A stretch of DNA of 64,000 bases from an uncultured Gammaproteobacteria bacterium (GTDB lineage Bacteria > Patescibacteriota > Patescibacteriia > Magasanikbacterales > GWA2-37-8): NCBI GenBank assembly GCA_964536725.1, contig CAZHYJ010000005.1, forward strand, positions 3,084 through 67,083. Reading direction: 5' to 3'. The first letter of the stretch is position 1; the number at the start of each line of letters is the position of its first letter. A program made the position numbers and the translations under genes. The notes beneath the pieces are model-generated. The model was not told the DNA's origin and did not search any database. It saw only the letters and a list, made by a program, of their open reading frames with translations. This document shows positions 39,524 through 50,515 of this stretch, in pieces.

Positions 39524-42052
39524 ATGGCAAAGGCAAAAAAACGCCTACAAGTGCGCCGTTGCGCGGTCTGTAACAAGGTGGGACACAACAAATCCACCTG
39601 CCCAAAATACCTCGCAACACTCAAACCAGCAGATCATCCTCGCACGGTTAATTTTTTTGTTCATCACGTTCAACATTCCCCCGCTCAATCACCGCATGTC
39701 ATTGATTTAAAAAGAGAAACCTCAAGTCATTGGAACAACGTGGAAACCGTATCACCTACTGAATCCACCAACCCACTATATCATTTTTATCACGAGGCAA
39801 AATCCGAAGTGGCACAACCAAACCAAAGTCTTTTTTCTGCCCCACTACAAAATGCCGGGCGACCGGAAATGATTGTAGAAGAAAAAACTGTTGAACAGAA
39901 AAAAGTAAAATCATTACCCCAAAAAACAAAACGTCAATTTACTAACCCCTTTAAACTAATCGGCGGAAAAGTCAAAAATACCCACACACAAATTTCCAAC
40001 AAAATCAAAAACAGCCTTACCACTACCAATGATGCAGTTGTTAATACAAAAAATAATTTAAAAAAAGCGCTCCAACCAAATTTGAAAAAGATGGCTTGGG
40101 CAATTGCACTAATGATATTAGCAACCATCGTCCCTGGACCAACTTGGGGATATTATCAAAATCTAAAACACACTACCGCCAACATCGCCGCCGATGGTGC
40201 CGCCGGTTTTATGTCCCTTCAAGATTCCACGACCGCCTTGATGCAAGCCAACATGCCATTGGCACAGGCATCCATCTCCGAAGCGCTAAGCCGTTTTGAT
40301 AGTGCGGTCACCACCATGGAAACAAAAAATAAATTTCTCCAGAGTTTTGCTTCAGCATTACCCTTTATCGGTGACGAAGTTTCTAGCCGACAAAAATTAG
40401 TACTTGCCGGACAACAACTCACATTAGGTAACACATACTTACTCAAAGGCCTAACTGAAAGCCAAAACGCTCCCTCCTCCACTCTCACCGCGCGTGCCAA
40501 TATTATTATCACCCACTTACGAGCAGCCGTTCCCAACTATGAAAAAGCTTTAGAGAATTTGCAAGCCGTCAAACCCGATGTTTTACCTTTGCAATATCAA
40601 GGTGTGTTCAAAGATTACCGCACACTTTTTGCCTCCATCTTCACTGATTTAAAAAACTTGGCCAATTTAGGCGATGCTGTCCAAGAGGCGTTCGGCGGTA
40701 AAGGACTACGCCGTTATTTATTAATCTTCCAAAACGTCAGCGAGATTCGTGCGACTGGTGGTTTCATGGGTAGCTTCGCCATTCTCACTGTGAAAGATGG
40801 TGAAATTATTAATCTAGAAGTCCCCCCAAATGGTACCTATGATTTAAAAAAACAACTGGACATCTACGTCGAGCCACCTCGTCCCATGTTACTATCCAAT
40901 CGCCGTTGGGAATTCCAAGACGCCAATTGGTTCCCTGATTTCCCGGCTAGTGCCGAAAAAATTCTTTGGTTCTATCAACACAGTCGCAATGAAACCGCTG
41001 ATGGTGTGATTGCAATCAACTCCACTGTTTTGGAAAGAATTTTAGGAGTAATCGGCCCCGTGACTGACGAGAAGCGCGGCTTGGTTTTAACCCAAGAGAA
41101 TGCGATCAACACGATCCAACAAAAAGTAGAAACCTGGGACGCAGAGAAAAAAGATTATCGACCAAAACAGATTATCACCGACCTCTCCCAAACCTTCTTG
41201 GAATATTTTAAAAACATCGAACCACAAAATCTTTTACCACTGTTAGTAAACTTACAAGAATCGCTTGGACAAAAAGAAGTCCAGGTATATTTTACTGATT
41301 TCAAAACCGAAAGAGCCATCAAAGATTTTGGTTGGGGCGGACAAATTCTCAACACCAATGCCAATCAAGATTACTTGATGGTAGTAAACACCAACATCCA
41401 AGGACAGAAAACTGACGCCAACATCAAACAGGTTATCAGCCACCAAGCTGTGATTGCGGATGACGGTTCAATCACCGATACCGTGACGATTGCTCGCACC
41501 CACACTGGCATAAACGACGGTAGTTTGTATGGTGGAACCAATATCGACTACATTCGTCTGTATGTCCCACAGGGCACTGAACTAATCTCTGCCAACGGTT
41601 TTACCTGGCCTGAAGAAAAATATTTCCGCGCACCAGATAGCTGGACCAAAAAAGATGCATTTTTGGCAGAGATGGAAAAAGAAATTAAAATCGATGCCCA
41701 AAGCGGCACGCGTATCACGAACGAATTTAACAAAACAGCTTTCGGCAACTGGATAATCACCGAGCCGGGGCAAACTTCGCAGATTGAATTTGTCTATCGT
41801 ATCCCAAGCAATGTATTTTCGACTGAAAAACAATCTGATAAAGTCCAGAAAAAAACTGCACGTTACCAACTAATCACTCAAAGACAGTCTGGTTCAGAAA
41901 CTAGTTTTGAAAGTCAGATAATTTTACCGAATAATTTAACACCGGTTTGGAAAGATGGTCTTGAAACTGAAGTGGCCGCCAATGGCATGGTGATTGCCCC
42001 ACAACAATTGAAGAGTGACCGAATCTGGAGCTTGGTGGCTGAACAAAAGTAA
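39524..42052 (+). CDS. DUF4012-domain membrane protein with N-terminal CCHC zinc knuckle
   Basis: YLLIFQN..EIRATGGFMGS, DANWFPDFP, DGVIAI; N-terminal CAVCNKVGHNKSTC. Confidence 0.8.
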   Translation: MAKAKKRLQVRRCAVCNKVGHNKSTCPKYLATLKPADHPRTVNFFVHHVQHSPAQSPHVIDLKRETSSHWNNVETVSPTESTNPLYHFYHEAKSEVAQPNQSLFSAPLQNAGRPEMIVEEKTVEQKKVKSLPQKTKRQFTNPFKLIGGKVKNTHTQISNKIKNSLTTTNDAVVNTKNNLKKALQPNLKKMAWAIALMILATIVPGPTWGYYQNLKHTTANIAADGAAGFMSLQDSTTALMQANMPLAQASISEALSRFDSAVTTMETKNKFLQSFASALPFIGDEVSSRQKLVLAGQQLTLGNTYLLKGLTESQNAPSSTLTARANIIITHLRAAVPNYEKALENLQAVKPDVLPLQYQGVFKDYRTLFASIFTDLKNLANLGDAVQEAFGGKGLRRYLLIFQNVSEIRATGGFMGSFAILTVKDGEIINLEVPPNGTYDLKKQLDIYVEPPRPMLLSNRRWEFQDANWFPDFPASAEKILWFYQHSRNETADGVIAINSTVLERILGVIGPVTDEKRGLVLTQENAINTIQQKVETWDAEKKDYRPKQIITDLSQTFLEYFKNIEPQNLLPLLVNLQESLGQKEVQVYFTDFKTERAIKDFGWGGQILNTNANQDYLMVVNTNIQGQKTDANIKQVISHQAVIADDGSITDTVTIARTHTGINDGSLYGGTNIDYIRLYVPQGTELISANGFTWPEEKYFRAPDSWTKKDAFLAEMEKEIKIDAQSGTRITNEFNKTAFGNWIITEPGQTSQIEFVYRIPSNVFSTEKQSDKVQKKTARYQLITQRQSGSETSFESQIILPNNLTPVWKDGLETEVAANGMVIAPQQLKSDRIWSLVAEQK

Positions 42053-42084
42053 CTAAAATAACTTAAAAAATATTTTAAAAAAAT

Positions 42085-44016
42085 ATGGCTGAAGAAACCC
42101 CTTCTTTTACTACCCAACGTATTTCCAAAGAACCAACAAAACCAAAAAGACGAATAATACGAAAGCGTGCAACAGCTACTGCTGCGCCGCGCGCACGTCG
42201 CCCATCCGTTCCAAAAGAACCATCTATCAACACCGAAAGAATTAATCAGCAACTAAACGACATCTACCGTGATGAAAGCGGCAAAATCCCTGATATGAGT
42301 AGAATAAAAATTAAAAAAGAGGGGTCAATATTCAAGAAGTTTTTTATCTTCTTAATCGTCGCTGGGTTGCTAGCTGCCGCCGCGTGGACCGGTTTTTTCA
42401 TGATGCCAAAAAATAATATCTCCGACACACAAGTTGCCGTCACTATCGAAGGACCAGAGAATCCGGTTTTTGGCGCTACCACTACTTATGATATAGTTGT
42501 CGCCAATCAACAGGCAGTAGGAATTAAAAATATCAACCTCACTGTACGCTATCCTGAAAGCTTTGTCTTTGGCACTAGCACCATATCCCCCACTAATCAA
42601 GGCAACACCGAATGGAATTTGGGTGACTTAGCAGGAAACAAAAACAAAAAATTGCAAATTAGCGGTGTCTACTATGGTGCTCTAGACCAAGACCAGTCCT
42701 GGCGAGCATCAGCACGCTACAAACCAGAAAATTTCAACTCGGAATTGCAACGTAGTGCCGTTAAAACAACGCGTATTACTCGCTCCCCTTTCTCTTTGAC
42801 TTTAACCGGACCGGATAAAATTGCTATTGGCAACGAGGTAACATATCTCATCACTTTAGAAGATCGCGAAGGAAAACCAAATCAAAAATTTGTTATTCAA
42901 AATACCTGGCCAACCAATTTCTATCCCACCAGCTCAACGCCAGCACTAGAAAAAAACAACAGTTGGATATTTGTTTACACTCCCCCAACGTCAACTACTT
43001 CTACTCCAGTCTTACCGATTAAACAAACTTTTAAAATTACCGGCAAGTTTAGTGACAGTGACCAAAAAAATGTCACAATGAAATCTGCCTTACTTTTTGT
43101 CACCAACAAAAACAGCTATCAAATCGGTGATGCTTCGGTGACTACTGAGTTAATCAAAAACTCTGTTTCACTCCAGCTCGCTATCAATGGATCGCTCGAG
43201 AAAATCACCACTCGACCGGAGGAAAATTTAAATGTTACTGTTGCGACAAAAAATGAAAGTGCAAGTAAATTAACTAAAGCGACGATCAATATATATTTCG
43301 ACGCCCCGGCTTACAAAAAAACCAGCGTAATTGACTGGGCGAAGATTACTGACAAGCTGGATGGCGACGTGGTGGGTAAACAAATTTCTGATACTATCCG
43401 CCAAGGAAAAATTACCTGGAACAGCTCCAAATTAAGCACCCTAGGCAACTGGAAAGCGGGCGGAGAAATTCAGTTCGATTTCCAAGTACCACTCAAAGAT
43501 ACCAAAGCGGTTGATTGGAGTACGATTAGCGAGACGAAAATAGTGGCCACCCCAGAGATTGTTTTCACTGACTCCGCTGGCGCAGTACAAACCATTACCG
43601 GTAAACCACTCGAGATTATCATCAATTCCGATCTAAGTTTGGAAGTGAGAGAAGAGATTGAAAACACCGATGGTAAAGATGTCCACAATGTTACTTGGGT
43701 AATTAACAACAGCGTCCATCCACTCAAGAATATTACCCTAAGTGCTGACCTCTACGGCGATATCACAGTAACCAATCCAATTGTCGCTCCAGCCGGTACT
43801 GTCACCTATGACGCAAAAGAGAAAAAGATAACCTGGGAGATACCACAGATGGGTAGTGAGACTGATGTCTTAGCACTCCCCTTCACTATCACGATCAACA
43901 AAAAGAATCCCACGCAAAATCTGTTGGTGAGTAAAGTTCGAGTCCGGGCTGAGGATACGGTCACAGGTGAAAAGTTAGATTTAATGGGCGAAGAAATACC
44001 GTTGGTGACTCAGTAA
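42085..44016 (+). CDS. Membrane-anchored multi-Ig-like/beta-sandwich surface protein
   Basis: TM at about aa 85-105, then repeated beta-rich modules (EWNLGDL, ITWEI). Confidence 0.7.
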   Translation: MAEETPSFTTQRISKEPTKPKRRIIRKRATATAAPRARRPSVPKEPSINTERINQQLNDIYRDESGKIPDMSRIKIKKEGSIFKKFFIFLIVAGLLAAAAWTGFFMMPKNNISDTQVAVTIEGPENPVFGATTTYDIVVANQQAVGIKNINLTVRYPESFVFGTSTISPTNQGNTEWNLGDLAGNKNKKLQISGVYYGALDQDQSWRASARYKPENFNSELQRSAVKTTRITRSPFSLTLTGPDKIAIGNEVTYLITLEDREGKPNQKFVIQNTWPTNFYPTSSTPALEKNNSWIFVYTPPTSTTSTPVLPIKQTFKITGKFSDSDQKNVTMKSALLFVTNKNSYQIGDASVTTELIKNSVSLQLAINGSLEKITTRPEENLNVTVATKNESASKLTKATINIYFDAPAYKKTSVIDWAKITDKLDGDVVGKQISDTIRQGKITWNSSKLSTLGNWKAGGEIQFDFQVPLKDTKAVDWSTISETKIVATPEIVFTDSAGAVQTITGKPLEIIINSDLSLEVREEIENTDGKDVHNVTWVINNSVHPLKNITLSADLYGDITVTNPIVAPAGTVTYDAKEKKITWEIPQMGSETDVLALPFTITINKKNPTQNLLVSKVRVRAEDTVTGEKLDLMGEEIPLVTQ

Positions 44017-44025
44017 ACAAAAAAC

Positions 44026-44054
44026 AAAATATGCCGATTAAGTCGGCATATTTT
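44026..44054. terminator. Bidirectional terminator, arms nearly identical to 1958-1992
   Basis: aaaatatgccgat-taa-gtcggcatatttt. Confidence 0.85.
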
Positions 44055-44148
44055 TTTGTTTTCCAAATATCGCTTAGAAACAACTTACCACCAGCTGAAA
44101 GCCGGTGGTAAGAGTTGACGTTAAAGATTTTACTCTCTAATATCACAA
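44026..44148 (-). ncRNA. Candidate small RNA of about 120 nt (promoter, rod hairpin, terminator)
   Basis: TTGACA(44182-77)-17-TATACT; stem caactcttaccaccggc/gctggtggtaagttg; no credible ORF. Confidence 0.55.
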
Positions 44149-44196
44149 TAGTAAGTATAGCACAAAACAACAATTTTGTCAAGTTTTTTAGCTAAA

Positions 44197-45561
44197 TTAT
44201 GCTAAAATAACTCGCTCCACCTCTTTTGTTTTTTCTTGCATCAATATTTCAGTGCGCGCCTCTAAATTCAAGCGCAATAATGGTTCGGTATTGCTTCCTC
44301 GCACATTAAACCACCAATCTGGATAGGTAAAAGTCACACCATCCAATTCGTTAATAACCGCCTCGTGATATTTTTCTTTCAAACGAACCAGTGCACCAGC
44401 CTTATCTTCCACTGTATAATTTATCTCTCCCGAATGAAAATATCTTTTTAAAGGCTCAACATATTCTGCTACAGACAAACCTGACTCAGACAACTCCTGT
44501 AATAATTTTACCGCTACAACAAGTGGTGATTCAAAAGAACCATAAGGGAAACGTACAAAGAAGTGTCCCGAAGACTCTCCACCAAAAACTGCGCCCTCTT
44601 TCAACATTTGCTCTTTAATCAAAGAGTGCCCAACACGTGTTACCGATGGTTTACCGCCACCTTCTAAAATCATATCTTCAGTTATCTTCCCCGGACGAAT
44701 ATCGTAACAAATCACTGCCCCTGGATTGGTGCGCAAAAATATGCGCGCCATTATTCCCCGAACAATCGCCGGCTCAACCACCTTACCTTCATTATCTACA
44801 AAAAATATTCGATCCCCATCACCATCCGTGGCAATTCCCAAATCTGCACCCTCTACTTTTACCCGCTCGCACAGATCATGGGTATTTTCTTCTTGAAAAG
44901 GATCAGGCTGATGACTAGGAAAAGTACCGTCCAGTTCACTATTCATTTTTACCAGCTCTATTTGTGGAAAATTAGCAAAAAGCGGCTCGAGATAAGTAAT
45001 ACCCATAGAATTGGCCGTATCCAACACTATCTTAAACGGCTTAATCTTAGAAAAATCAGCCCACTGTTTGGTGATTTCAACTTCTTCTCTGCCAATATTA
45101 TTATGTTCTGTCACTTTGCCTTTTGTTGCCGCCGCCGTCAACATATTCTCGCGCACAATTTCTTTTAGTTCCTCCATACCCATCCCCTTACCTACCGGTT
45201 TCGACTCTTCGCGCACCAATTTTAGCCCATTATATTCTTTAGGATTATGCGAAGCAGTTACCAAAATACCACCATCATATTTAAAATATGCCACTGCGAA
45301 ATAAAAAGTTGGCGTGGAGGCCAAACCGATATCGACTACGTCACCACCCTGGTCGACCACACCCTGTTTTAGAGCAGAAAACAAAGCTGGCGAAGAAAGA
45401 CGCATATCATGCCCCACCACCAATTTTACACTGTCCCTACCCAATTCTTTTTGACGTAAAAAAGTAAATGCCTGGCCAACCCGATAGGCCAAATCTTCGT
45501 CCAATTCACTCGGGTACAGCCCACGAATATCATAGGCCTTAAAAATATTTTCTGGGAACAT
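44197..45561 (-). CDS. Phosphomannomutase/phosphoglucomutase
   Basis: FKAYDIRG, TASHNP, DGDGDR, GESSGH, RGSNTEP. Confidence 0.93.
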   Translation of the reverse strand: MFPENIFKAYDIRGLYPSELDEDLAYRVGQAFTFLRQKELGRDSVKLVVGHDMRLSSPALFSALKQGVVDQGGDVVDIGLASTPTFYFAVAYFKYDGGILVTASHNPKEYNGLKLVREESKPVGKGMGMEELKEIVRENMLTAAATKGKVTEHNNIGREEVEITKQWADFSKIKPFKIVLDTANSMGITYLEPLFANFPQIELVKMNSELDGTFPSHQPDPFQEENTHDLCERVKVEGADLGIATDGDGDRIFFVDNEGKVVEPAIVRGIMARIFLRTNPGAVICYDIRPGKITEDMILEGGGKPSVTRVGHSLIKEQMLKEGAVFGGESSGHFFVRFPYGSFESPLVVAVKLLQELSESGLSVAEYVEPLKRYFHSGEINYTVEDKAGALVRLKEKYHEAVINELDGVTFTYPDWWFNVRGSNTEPLLRLNLEARTEILMQEKTKEVERVILA

Positions 45562-45675
45562 AAAATTGATGAATTTTAAGGTAAATTAGCTTTGACGCAC
45601 CACTTAAAATATTATATAATACAACCGCCTAATAGGCAAACTTTTTTCGTATTTTAAAACTGTTGCAAGCAAAGT

Positions 45676-48198
45676 ATGAACATCCTCGATCGCTTCTCCA
45701 CCCACCTCAAAAACACCCTTACCAAAGCCATAAAAGTGGCTACAGACTTGAGAAATCCGAACGTCGAACCAATCCACCTTTTGTATGTTTTGTTTGGTGA
45801 AAAAGGGTCAATCGGAGCGGAAGTTTTAAGTCGTTTAAAAATCGGACAGCGTGAAACGGAAAACATCATTTTAACCTTACCCGCTGAGCCAGAAACCGGC
45901 ACGCAAAATACCCCGACAGAGGTCATCGCCCCCCTCTCCCCCTTAACCAAAGGTGCTTTGGAAAAAGCGATGCTCATTGCCGAAGAAAATCACCATAACT
46001 ATGTCGGCACTGAACACTTACTGCATGCTTTGGTTAACTTAGGCGACCAGAAAATTTTAACCCTTTTAAAAACTTGCCACGTCGAGCTAGGAGTAGTTAA
46101 CAAACAGTTGGAAACCGTACTTAACAACGCCACCCAATTCCCCCAAATTAGTGAAGCGATGGATGTTTTGGATAAGTTTACGGGAGATTTGGACAGTCAC
46201 AGGGATCCAGTGTCCGCCGCACCAAAAAACAACAAAAAAAACAACCGCTCCAAAGAAAGTGCTTTGGATTTTTTTGCTACCAATTTAACTGCCAAAGAAA
46301 ACCAAAAAAATATCGACCCGGTAATCGGTCGCGAAAAAGAGATCGAACGCATTATCCAAATAATCTGCCGCCGTACCAAAAACAACCCCGTACTACTTGG
46401 TGATCCGGGTGTCGGCAAAACTGCCATCGTCGAAGGATTAGCTCGCCGCATCACTTTGGGTGAAGTTCCAGACCTGTTGTTAAACAAAAAAATCTACTCA
46501 CTCGACATGGGACTCCTGATCGCCGGCACCATTTACCGCGGTGAATTCGAAGGCCGGCTCAAACAAGTGATCGACGAAGTGGCACAAGACCCCAACATCA
46601 TTCTTTTCATTGACGAAATACACAACATCGTCGGTGCTGGTTCGAACCAAGGCACAATGGACGCCGCTAACATTTTAAAACCCGTACTAGCTCGTGGCCA
46701 AATTCGTTGTATCGGTGCCACTACTCCAGGAGAATTTAAAAAACATATTGAAAATGACGCTGCGTTGGAGCGCCGTTTCCAACCAGTGATGGTCGGTGAA
46801 CCATCCGCTGAGGAGACGATAAAGATAATCGAGGGAGTGAAGAAGAATTACGAACTTTACCATCGGATTAAAATTGAACCGGATGCCATTGAGGCCGCTG
46901 TCCGACTTTCAATGCGTCATATCGCCAACAAATTTTTACCTGACAAAGCGATTGATTTGATTGACGAAACTGCCGCGGCTAAACGTATTAAATCAAAACC
47001 CTTGTCCTGGCAGAACAAATTGTTCCACCTGCGTCAAAAACTTGAACAAACAATTTTGGATAAAGAAAATGCTGCCCGAACAGACAAATTTGATGAGGCA
47101 GTAAAACACAAAAAGATTGAGGAGGAAATTAGAAAGGAGATAATAAAAATCGAAAAACAGGCTGAGGAAAAACAACCAAAGATGATTGGCTCAATTACCG
47201 CCAAAGATGTTGCGGAACAGCTTTCCAAAATTACTGGCGCCAAATTAACTGACTTGAATAAAGAAGAAAAGGTGTCGATTGCCGAAAAATTAAAAACCCA
47301 AATCGTCGGCCAAGACGAGACAATCGAAAGTGTCGCCAAACAAATTCGTCGCGCTGAATTGGAACTGTCACACCCTGACCGACCACTGGCCTCATTTTTG
47401 TTCGTCGGTGCTAGTGGTGTAGGCAAAACTGAACTAGCCAAAGTACTAGCCGAGACCCTCTACCCCGGCCGTGACGCCCTCATCAAATTGGACATGAGCG
47501 AATTCAACGAGGCATTTGGTGTTTCCAAATTACTCGGTTCCCCCGCTGGATATATCGGCTACCGTGAGTCAAACCAATTCACCGACAAATTAAAATTAAA
47601 CCCCTACTCCGTAGTACTGTTTGATGAAATCGACAAAGCCCACAAAGATGTCGCCAAACTACTTTTACAAATTTTAGAAAACGGGGAAATTACTGACTCC
47701 ACGGGCAAGAAAATTTCTTTAAGACATGGTATAATAATACTAACAACCACCGTCGGAGCCGAAGACCTCCAACGGGGAAATTTTGGTTTTAGTGAGACTA
47801 CAAATTTAACCAAAGAAAATCTAAAAAAAGTTACTGAAACGTTAAAACAACATTTCTCACCTGAGGTGATCAACCGCCTTGATCAAATCTGTCTGTTCAA
47901 TCCCCTGACATCCGCCGACTTAGTTAAAATTGCCGAATTAGAAATCAAACGTCTCAATACTCGGCTCACCCACTATCAAACGAATATTGTCGCCGACGAA
48001 AAAATATTAAAACAATTTTTAGTACAATTACCAAAAGAAAAAAACAGTGCCCGTGATTTAAGAAGAGAGGTGCGTGGACAGATTGAGGAATTAATTGCAG
48101 GGGAAATAATGTCCACCAAAGACGAATCCGCCTCGGGCGGAAAGATGAAGAGTAAATATCAATTAACTTTTAAAGATAACCAGTTAGCTTTAAAATAA
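45676..48198 (+). CDS. clpC: ClpC-like ATP-dependent Clp protease ATPase
   Basis: Clp-N repeats, [17 protein letters not shown] coiled coil, [17 protein letters not shown]; promoter TTGACG-17-TATAAT at 45592-45620. Confidence 0.88.
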   Translation: MNILDRFSTHLKNTLTKAIKVATDLRNPNVEPIHLLYVLFGEKGSIGAEVLSRLKIGQRETENIILTLPAEPETGTQNTPTEVIAPLSPLTKGALEKAMLIAEENHHNYVGTEHLLHALVNLGDQKILTLLKTCHVELGVVNKQLETVLNNATQFPQISEAMDVLDKFTGDLDSHRDPVSAAPKNNKKNNRSKESALDFFATNLTAKENQKNIDPVIGREKEIERIIQIICRRTKNNPVLLGDPGVGKTAIVEGLARRITLGEVPDLLLNKKIYSLDMGLLIAGTIYRGEFEGRLKQVIDEVAQDPNIILFIDEIHNIVGAGSNQGTMDAANILKPVLARGQIRCIGATTPGEFKKHIENDAALERRFQPVMVGEPSAEETIKIIEGVKKNYELYHRIKIEPDAIEAAVRLSMRHIANKFLPDKAIDLIDETAAAKRIKSKPLSWQNKLFHLRQKLEQTILDKENAARTDKFDEAVKHKKIEEEIRKEIIKIEKQAEEKQPKMIGSITAKDVAEQLSKITGAKLTDLNKEEKVSIAEKLKTQIVGQDETIESVAKQIRRAELELSHPDRPLASFLFVGASGVGKTELAKVLAETLYPGRDALIKLDMSEFNEAFGVSKLLGSPAGYIGYRESNQFTDKLKLNPYSVVLFDEIDKAHKDVAKLLLQILENGEITDSTGKKISLRHGIIILTTTVGAEDLQRGNFGFSETTNLTKENLKKVTETLKQHFSPEVINRLDQICLFNPLTSADLVKIAELEIKRLNTRLTHYQTNIVADEKILKQFLVQLPKEKNSARDLRREVRGQIEELIAGEIMSTKDESASGGKMKSKYQLTFKDNQLALK

Positions 48199-48199
48199 T

Positions 48200-50497
48200 A
48201 TGCCGGACGAAGCGGCACAGCCAGTAGTCGACAACGACCGAGAAACAGCAAACACAGAGCAACCAAAAGTTGGTAGTGTTAAGGTTGAAGGAGACGATAC
48301 GAAAGTGGAAAAACAAGGTAACGTATACCATGTTAATTTTGGTGGAGAAAAAGAAGTGGCAACTACACAAACCAATAAATCTCCAGTGACGACTACAGAA
48401 ACCAATGAATCTCCAAAAAACAACGTGAGCCCTTTACCACAACCACAATCGCCAACACCAACACCCGCGGCACAAACACTACCTCCGACACACACACCGG
48501 CCAATACTGGTAATACAAAACCAAACAATTCTCAAATAAATAAACAAAATCCAGCAACCAGATCGACCAAACCAGATATAGACAAAAACGCTCCTTCCTC
48601 AGCACCGACTGCCAAAATTCCTTCAACACAAACAAACGGCCAACCTTCAGCAAACCCAGAAGGCGCCACTACAGGCGAAAACCAATCACCGGCTACTCTT
48701 CCTGAACAAAACGAGGGAGAGCAAGGCACACCAACCGAGCAAGCACAAACAGCAACAACACCACCAACCAGCCAACTAAGCCCAGAACAACAAAGAGAAG
48801 CCGGCCAAGAAATGAAAAAAGACTCCTTAGGAAAAAGAATTTCTGATGCTGGAAACAAGCTGGCAGATGTTGGACAAAAAATTGCAGATACTCCAGAAAA
48901 TATTAGAAAAAAAGGCAGGGCCATAAAAAATAAAGCTAAGGCTTTAAAAAAAGGGGCTGCTGCCGCTATTAAAAACCCCAAACAATTCGGGAAAAATTTG
49001 GGAAAAAACATGGGCAAGAAAATTGCCCAATCAGGTGTACGCAACCTAGATAAAATGGCAAAAGGCGCACAAAACAAATTAAAAGACGCTGCCAATAGCC
49101 TGCGTACTAGCGGCATGAAAAAAAGAAAATTATTAAAAGATATAAAAAAAATCGACAAAGAATTAGACGAATTACAAGGCAGTCTTACTAGTTTAAAAGC
49201 TTCAAAAGCACTATTAGCACTAAAATTTTTCTTCCCCGGTCTATACAGCAAAATTGCCGGTGTAACAGAAATAAAGAGCGGTGCATCACAAAAAGTGAAA
49301 GTGGCCAAGCTTGAAGCCCAAGCCACGGCACTCAAATCCGCCAAAGCTGCATTACAAACAGCGCAGTTTGCGGCTGCGGTATTAGACGCCTTGGTGTCCA
49401 TCGGAGAGATGATTGCCTATACATTATCTACGATTTTGCTACCGGTTTTAATTATTCTCTTATCGCCACTATTACTAATGATATTAGTACCAATATATCT
49501 TACACTCGGTGGAAAGTTCTCGAGAATTTTTAAACAATTAGTAACGCAAATAAACAAAGTCCTCGAACCATTAGAAAAAACATTAGTTATAGAAAAAAAG
49601 AAATTAGCACTAATGAACAATAAAAAAGACAAACGCGCTGAAATAACAAAGGTAGGAACCGAAGAAGAGATCCAAAGAAAAAGAGAACAGGAACCAGAGG
49701 CGCAACCAGAACCAAGTAAACCAGAAGAGAAAAAACCTGAAGAAACAGGCGCAAACACAGAAGAAACAAAAGCAACAGAACCAGAAAAAACTCCTGAGAC
49801 AACACAATCACAATCATCAGAAGGAAATGCCCCGCAAGAAGCTCCTGAAGCACAACCAGCAGAAACAGCAAATCCAACAGAAACAGAAACGACTACACAA
49901 CCACAGACCGGAGCCGAAGAAAGTGCAGAAGGAAAAGAGGCGGAAACAACAGAGACACCCAAACCTGAAACACAGGACATTACAAAACCAACGGCACCAA
50001 AACCCGAAGTACAAAAACCAACTGCACCACCAACCGAGGTACAAAAACCAGAAGAACAATCACAAAATAACAACGCAACAAAAGAAGGCGGTCCGGAAAC
50101 AGTCGAACAACCAACACAAAACCAAACACCTGGGAAAACTGCACCACAACCAATGCAAACACCAGCGGCTCAACAACAAAATCAAGTCGCGGCACCGCAA
50201 CCTTCCGTCCAACCAGCTCCACCACCACCTGCAGCAGAGCCGACCGAACAAGCACAGACAGCAGAAGGTCAGCCAGCGAGTGCAGAAGAAAAACCAGCCG
50301 CACCACCAACTGAAGAACAAAAACCAGAAACAACCGAACCACAAGAAACCGAGGTGCAAACCGACGGTCGATCGATTAAAGAACCAAAAATAGAAATGAA
50401 AGTGGACGTAAAAGTAAAAACCAAAGGCAAAGATGGCAAACAGTCAAAAATCAAAGTCGACGAAGAAAAAGGTGAAAACATAAAATTAGCCGCTTAA
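48200..50497 (+). CDS. Large low-complexity protein: P/T/Q/E-rich disordered ends flanking Lys-rich helices and a hydrophobic segment
   Basis: 765-aa ORF in operon after clpC; KPTAP repeats; ends KLAA. Confidence 0.75.
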   Translation: MPDEAAQPVVDNDRETANTEQPKVGSVKVEGDDTKVEKQGNVYHVNFGGEKEVATTQTNKSPVTTTETNESPKNNVSPLPQPQSPTPTPAAQTLPPTHTPANTGNTKPNNSQINKQNPATRSTKPDIDKNAPSSAPTAKIPSTQTNGQPSANPEGATTGENQSPATLPEQNEGEQGTPTEQAQTATTPPTSQLSPEQQREAGQEMKKDSLGKRISDAGNKLADVGQKIADTPENIRKKGRAIKNKAKALKKGAAAAIKNPKQFGKNLGKNMGKKIAQSGVRNLDKMAKGAQNKLKDAANSLRTSGMKKRKLLKDIKKIDKELDELQGSLTSLKASKALLALKFFFPGLYSKIAGVTEIKSGASQKVKVAKLEAQATALKSAKAALQTAQFAAAVLDALVSIGEMIAYTLSTILLPVLIILLSPLLLMILVPIYLTLGGKFSRIFKQLVTQINKVLEPLEKTLVIEKKKLALMNNKKDKRAEITKVGTEEEIQRKREQEPEAQPEPSKPEEKKPEETGANTEETKATEPEKTPETTQSQSSEGNAPQEAPEAQPAETANPTETETTTQPQTGAEESAEGKEAETTETPKPETQDITKPTAPKPEVQKPTAPPTEVQKPEEQSQNNNATKEGGPETVEQPTQNQTPGKTAPQPMQTPAAQQQNQVAAPQPSVQPAPPPPAAEPTEQAQTAEGQPASAEEKPAAPPTEEQKPETTEPQETEVQTDGRSIKEPKIEMKVDVKVKTKGKDGKQSKIKVDEEKGENIKLAA

Positions 50498-50515
50498 AAT
50501 ATTTAAACAAAATAT

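Noticed and set aside
43961-44182. 73-aa minus-strand ORF over the candidate sRNA
   Set aside because: Its TTG start is the -35 box itself, and it runs through the terminator into the convergent gene.
49984-50050. 30-nt tandem repeat (KPTAP..EVQ)
   Set aside because: Ordinary coding low-complexity duplication of about two units.
48190-50481. Many long antisense and alternate-frame ORFs
   Set aside because: By-product of the A/C-rich low-complexity 765-aa gene, which leaves few stops in other frames.
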